Shown here piece after piece: positions 60,940 to 64,000 of a stretch of 64,000 nucleotides of DNA. The notes under the pieces are model-generated. The model was given only the letters and a program-made list of their open reading frames with translations. It was not told where the DNA came from and did no database searches. Numbering within the stretch: position 1 is the stretch's first letter; each line of letters begins with the position of its first letter. Source of the stretch: Eutreptiella sp. 'Long Island Sound 2002'. Its lineage: Eukaryota; Protista; Euglenida. The DNA is taken from positions 50,282,001 to 50,346,000 of the forward strand of contig OZ038379.1 of NCBI GenBank assembly GCA_964036045.1, read 5' to 3'. The translations under genes were made by a program, and so were the position numbers.

Positions 60940-63070
60940 GGCTTGTGGGGGTTGTACGCTATTGTCGGCAGATACCTGTCCCTCACGCCAAGAGCGGCCA
61001 CCGGCGTCCATTGGAGATACGCCGTACCCGAGGCAGCAATGAGTGGTCTGCATGTGCGCTGCCGTCCGCGCACCGCAAGCTTGGGTTGGCGGGTGTTGCC
61101 GGCGTTCATTTGCGCGCGCGTGCGGTGCGGTTCAAGCACGTTGGGATCCGCCGTGCTGGGCACCTTGTCCCAACATGACCTGTGCATTGTGGTGTCACCC
61201 CGGTTGCATACGGGTCTCTACACCTCATAGACCATGCTACATATCACCGCTGCCAATGTAGACTTGGTTTCAAGGGCTACGGTGATACCCTACACCTCAT
61301 ATGGTCCTTTCGCGGCCATGCTTTCAGCTATTGCACCCCAGCCGCCTTTTGGCATGTGTGGCTGTGTGGCCTCTCGAGGTCAGTGCCGATGTATGCTGCA
61401 GTAGGGCATCAAGGTGCATGGGCAGGCACCGCCCCTCAATCTCCTTGACGCAGTGACACCAAACATTGGCAATGGATGTTGGCATGGCTCTAAGGGGGTG
61501 CACCAGGTGAAGCCAAGTACATGGGAGGCCCTAGCGGCCGGGCATCCCATGAGATACCATGCATGACATTTATCATCACACCGTTGCCGAGGTACACATT
61601 GCGGACGGGGCCGGTGGCTGTTTTGAATGGTTAAGGCCGCCACGGGGCACGCAAAAAATCGACCTAACAGGTATGTTATGTCCTGGATGCATGTCAGCAG
61701 TGTGAAACAGCGAGGGATGCCGCGAGGACACAACAAAAAATGACGGCTAGCTGGCTGTCAATGGCCGGATAGGCAGGTAGGGTCAGCACTGGTGCTACCG
61801 CCATGAGCAAGTGGCTCCATGGTAGGGAGTGCAATGATATGCTCAGCAATATACTGTGGGCAATGATGAGGCGCCAGTGTGGGCAGAGGGTGATACAGGA
61901 TGGGGTGTTGGATTGGAGCGAGGCTACCCACCACAAGGGTCACCCACCGACAGCGTGCGGCAAGGCGGCGAGGGCGTCGTGGTAAGTCTAATCAAGGTGC
62001 AAACAGCCTGAGGTGCACGATAGCTAGCGCATAAGGGCGGGGCGCTCCAAGCAGCGGAAGCCAAGTGCGGCCCGGGCCGCGTGTGGGTGCGCCACATGCC
62101 ACCCACTGAGTACCACCGAGGGTTGCGATATGGTGATTGTCTGGGTACAGAGGTTCGGCAACACCCCGGTGCAAGCGAAACCATAGGACATCAGCGCATC
62201 ACAAATGATGATGCCGTCTCGTCCCTCAATCGTGGCGCCACTTATGGTCCCCCGGGTCAAGGCCCGCAAAACAGAGGCGGCGTGCCACATCGTCCATGCT
62301 AGCTGGGCGTAGTAGAAGTAGGGGCATTCAGAGCGAAGGTGGGTGGTGATGTGGTGCACAAAGGTATTGTAGTAGGGGCAAGGGCAACAGCCAACACTAG
62401 TAGGCGTGGGTGTACGTGTTGTACACGGGCTGTTTGTTACTCTCCTTGCATGAAGAGCTATCTCTGCCTAGGCTGGGGCTATTTAGCAATGGAGCTATGG
62501 GGAGAGGGGTCGTCGCAGAGCTCGAGCACAGAGCTGGGTGATGCAGATGGCCGTGTCCAACACGAGGGCACCCAACGTTGCATCCGTGCAGAGCCTCGGG
62601 TAGGACGATGGTGTGGGGGGCTACAAAGGGAGCCACTACCAAACCCCGTCACCTCTATGAGTCTCATTGACCCCTCTCATTGGTCTCCCCCATGGTGGCC
62701 TTCGAAGCCGGCTCCGGGGGACAGCTAACTAGGGCCACCTTGGAGCTGATAGGCACCTCCAACCTTGAGCTATCCGCTTACCGCCCGGAAATCCGACCTA
62801 GTTTCATGGTCTTTGCAACTGGCGCCGCTCTTCCACGGGCCCTCCTGTAATAGCGTTAGGCACTTGTTGGTAAGTTGGAGGTGCCCGATGCCCGCAATCG
62901 CAAGGCTACTGCTACAGGCATCCCGGCCCTCACCCACCACGTTTGAGACTTCGCAGACTGGTTTTGCTGCTACGACAATTTTATCTCACTGTGTATACTC
63001 ACGGATGTGGGTTTCACGAAACCCATCCCCAGCAAGGAGAGCGCCATCGGGGGGGGGGGGGGGTAGCACC
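60940..63070 (-). mobile_element. Highly degenerate coding-like remnant, possibly a non-LTR RT region
   Basis: Weak only: SPCWDGFRETHI (cf. sPGxDG) and LAIAGIGHLQLTNKCL (cf. PIAxGExxxRLxxKCL) at about 62870-63040. No YxDD was found. Confidence 0.25.
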
Positions 63071-63439
63071 TAACTAGCGCTTGAACACACTCAAGCATGC
63101 CTCAATACCAGCCTTACCACCTATGCCGACATGTCTCTGTGTAGCGCATGAAACCCCCTCCATACGACCACGCTGTTTTAGCGATGACCGCTTCCTAGCT
63201 GCATCGCTCCCACGGCTATCCTCGAGTGTGTGCAATGCTCCCATGCCACGGGGGGGGCTTCCCAACCCCAATACGCTGTACTTCCCGATTAGCGTGGACA
63301 ACGACTCACCTCATATGGTATCCCCCCTAATCCCGGATATGCAAGCGACCACCGAGAAGACCCCACCCTCTCTCGTCGCCATCACATTTCTCTCGCACCC
63401 CCCCCCACCACTCCCCCGGGGTCACCCAAACTTCCATTT

Positions 63440-63770
63440 TTGATCTTTTTTACTTTTGTTGTTTGGTTTAACTTGTTTTTCACTGCTACTGCATGTCATT
63501 TTGTTTTCACTCTCAGAACGTGTAATTTTTTTTCTTTGCTGTCGGGGTTTGCACGAAAAAAAAATCGTCATGCCGTGTATCTTTTTTTGTGGCTATCATG
63601 GCATGTATTTTTTTTTTGCTGTCACACTGTGGATCCAAAAAACAAAATCACACACGCTGACAGCAAAAAAAAGTACACAATGCGACAATTTTTTTTCGAT
63701 ACCCACGCTACGGTGACAGTGAGAAAAAAAATACACGACTCACAACATACACTTGCAAGAAAATCCATGT
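63440..63770. repeat. AT-rich imperfect inverted-repeat block
   Basis: T-rich left half and A-rich right half. TTTTTTGCTGTCA (about 63612-63625) pairs with TGACAGCAAAAAAA (about 63658-63672). Confidence 0.55.
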
Positions 63771-63874
63771 GAAGGAATGTTCATTTGAGTGAAAAATGTA
63801 GTATGCATGAAATGTCATGACTGCCAGTTGGCAAAGGATCAATCATGAACCAGAGCGCAGACACAAAAGCACAC

Positions 63875-63934
63875 CTGGAAACGTCGTAGGCATCTTTGTT
63901 GACACCCCCTCGAAATGGCTTCTTCTTTTTGGTC
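63875..63934 (-). CDS. Exon of the Sec1/Munc18 family gene (most 5' exon in the window)
   Basis: Encodes (R)TKKKKPFRGGVNKDAYDVS-R, with donor AG|GTGTGC at 63874 in the phase needed to join 50605. The acceptor is at 63934, or at 63981; the frame stays open to the window end. Confidence 0.75.
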
Positions 63935-64000
63935 CTGTTCAGGTTGGGGGATGCGAATGTACTATCCCTTGAGCATGTGTTCTGTGATGTGGATTCAAGA

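Noticed and set aside
7625-60940. Telomere-like snippets (TTAGGTTTTGGTTTTGG at about 7627; CCTAACCCTA at about 28308; CCCTAGCCCTG at about 29840 and 33881; GGGTTTAGGTTTAGG at about 60926)
   Set aside because: Each has only 2-3 imperfect units, which is expected by chance in G/C-run-rich DNA.

Overview
Eukaryotic, repeat-saturated DNA. The tyrosine-recombinase retroelement layout suggests a euglenozoan or euglenid-type protist (inference). The whole window appears to lie inside one host gene on the minus strand, a Sec1/Munc18-family gene. I found three clear GT-AG exons of it (63875-63934, 50510-50605, 1482-1577), separated by about 62 kb of intron. The introns hold: (i) a 33-bp satellite with higher-order repeats up to 2810 bp; (ii) two related TIR DNA transposons, A (9300-15809, 5-bp TSD) and B (41000-48786), each with a DDE-type transposase, a second gene whose C-terminus resembles a DNA-methyltransferase fold, and its own 20-bp palindrome scattered through the element; (iii) two decayed RAG1/Transib-like transposase genes (C on +, D on -) split by short GT-AG introns built from element-specific inverted motifs; (iv) a VIPER/TATE-like retroelement (gag-like/YR/RT-RH); (v) gag and LINE remnants; (vi) several further tandem repeats. 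No rRNA, tRNA or CRISPR array was seen. Most ORFs in the supplied track are artefacts of stop-poor repeats. All homology calls are by-eye motif recognition, not database hits. Many frameshifts fall in poly-G/C runs and could be sequencing errors.
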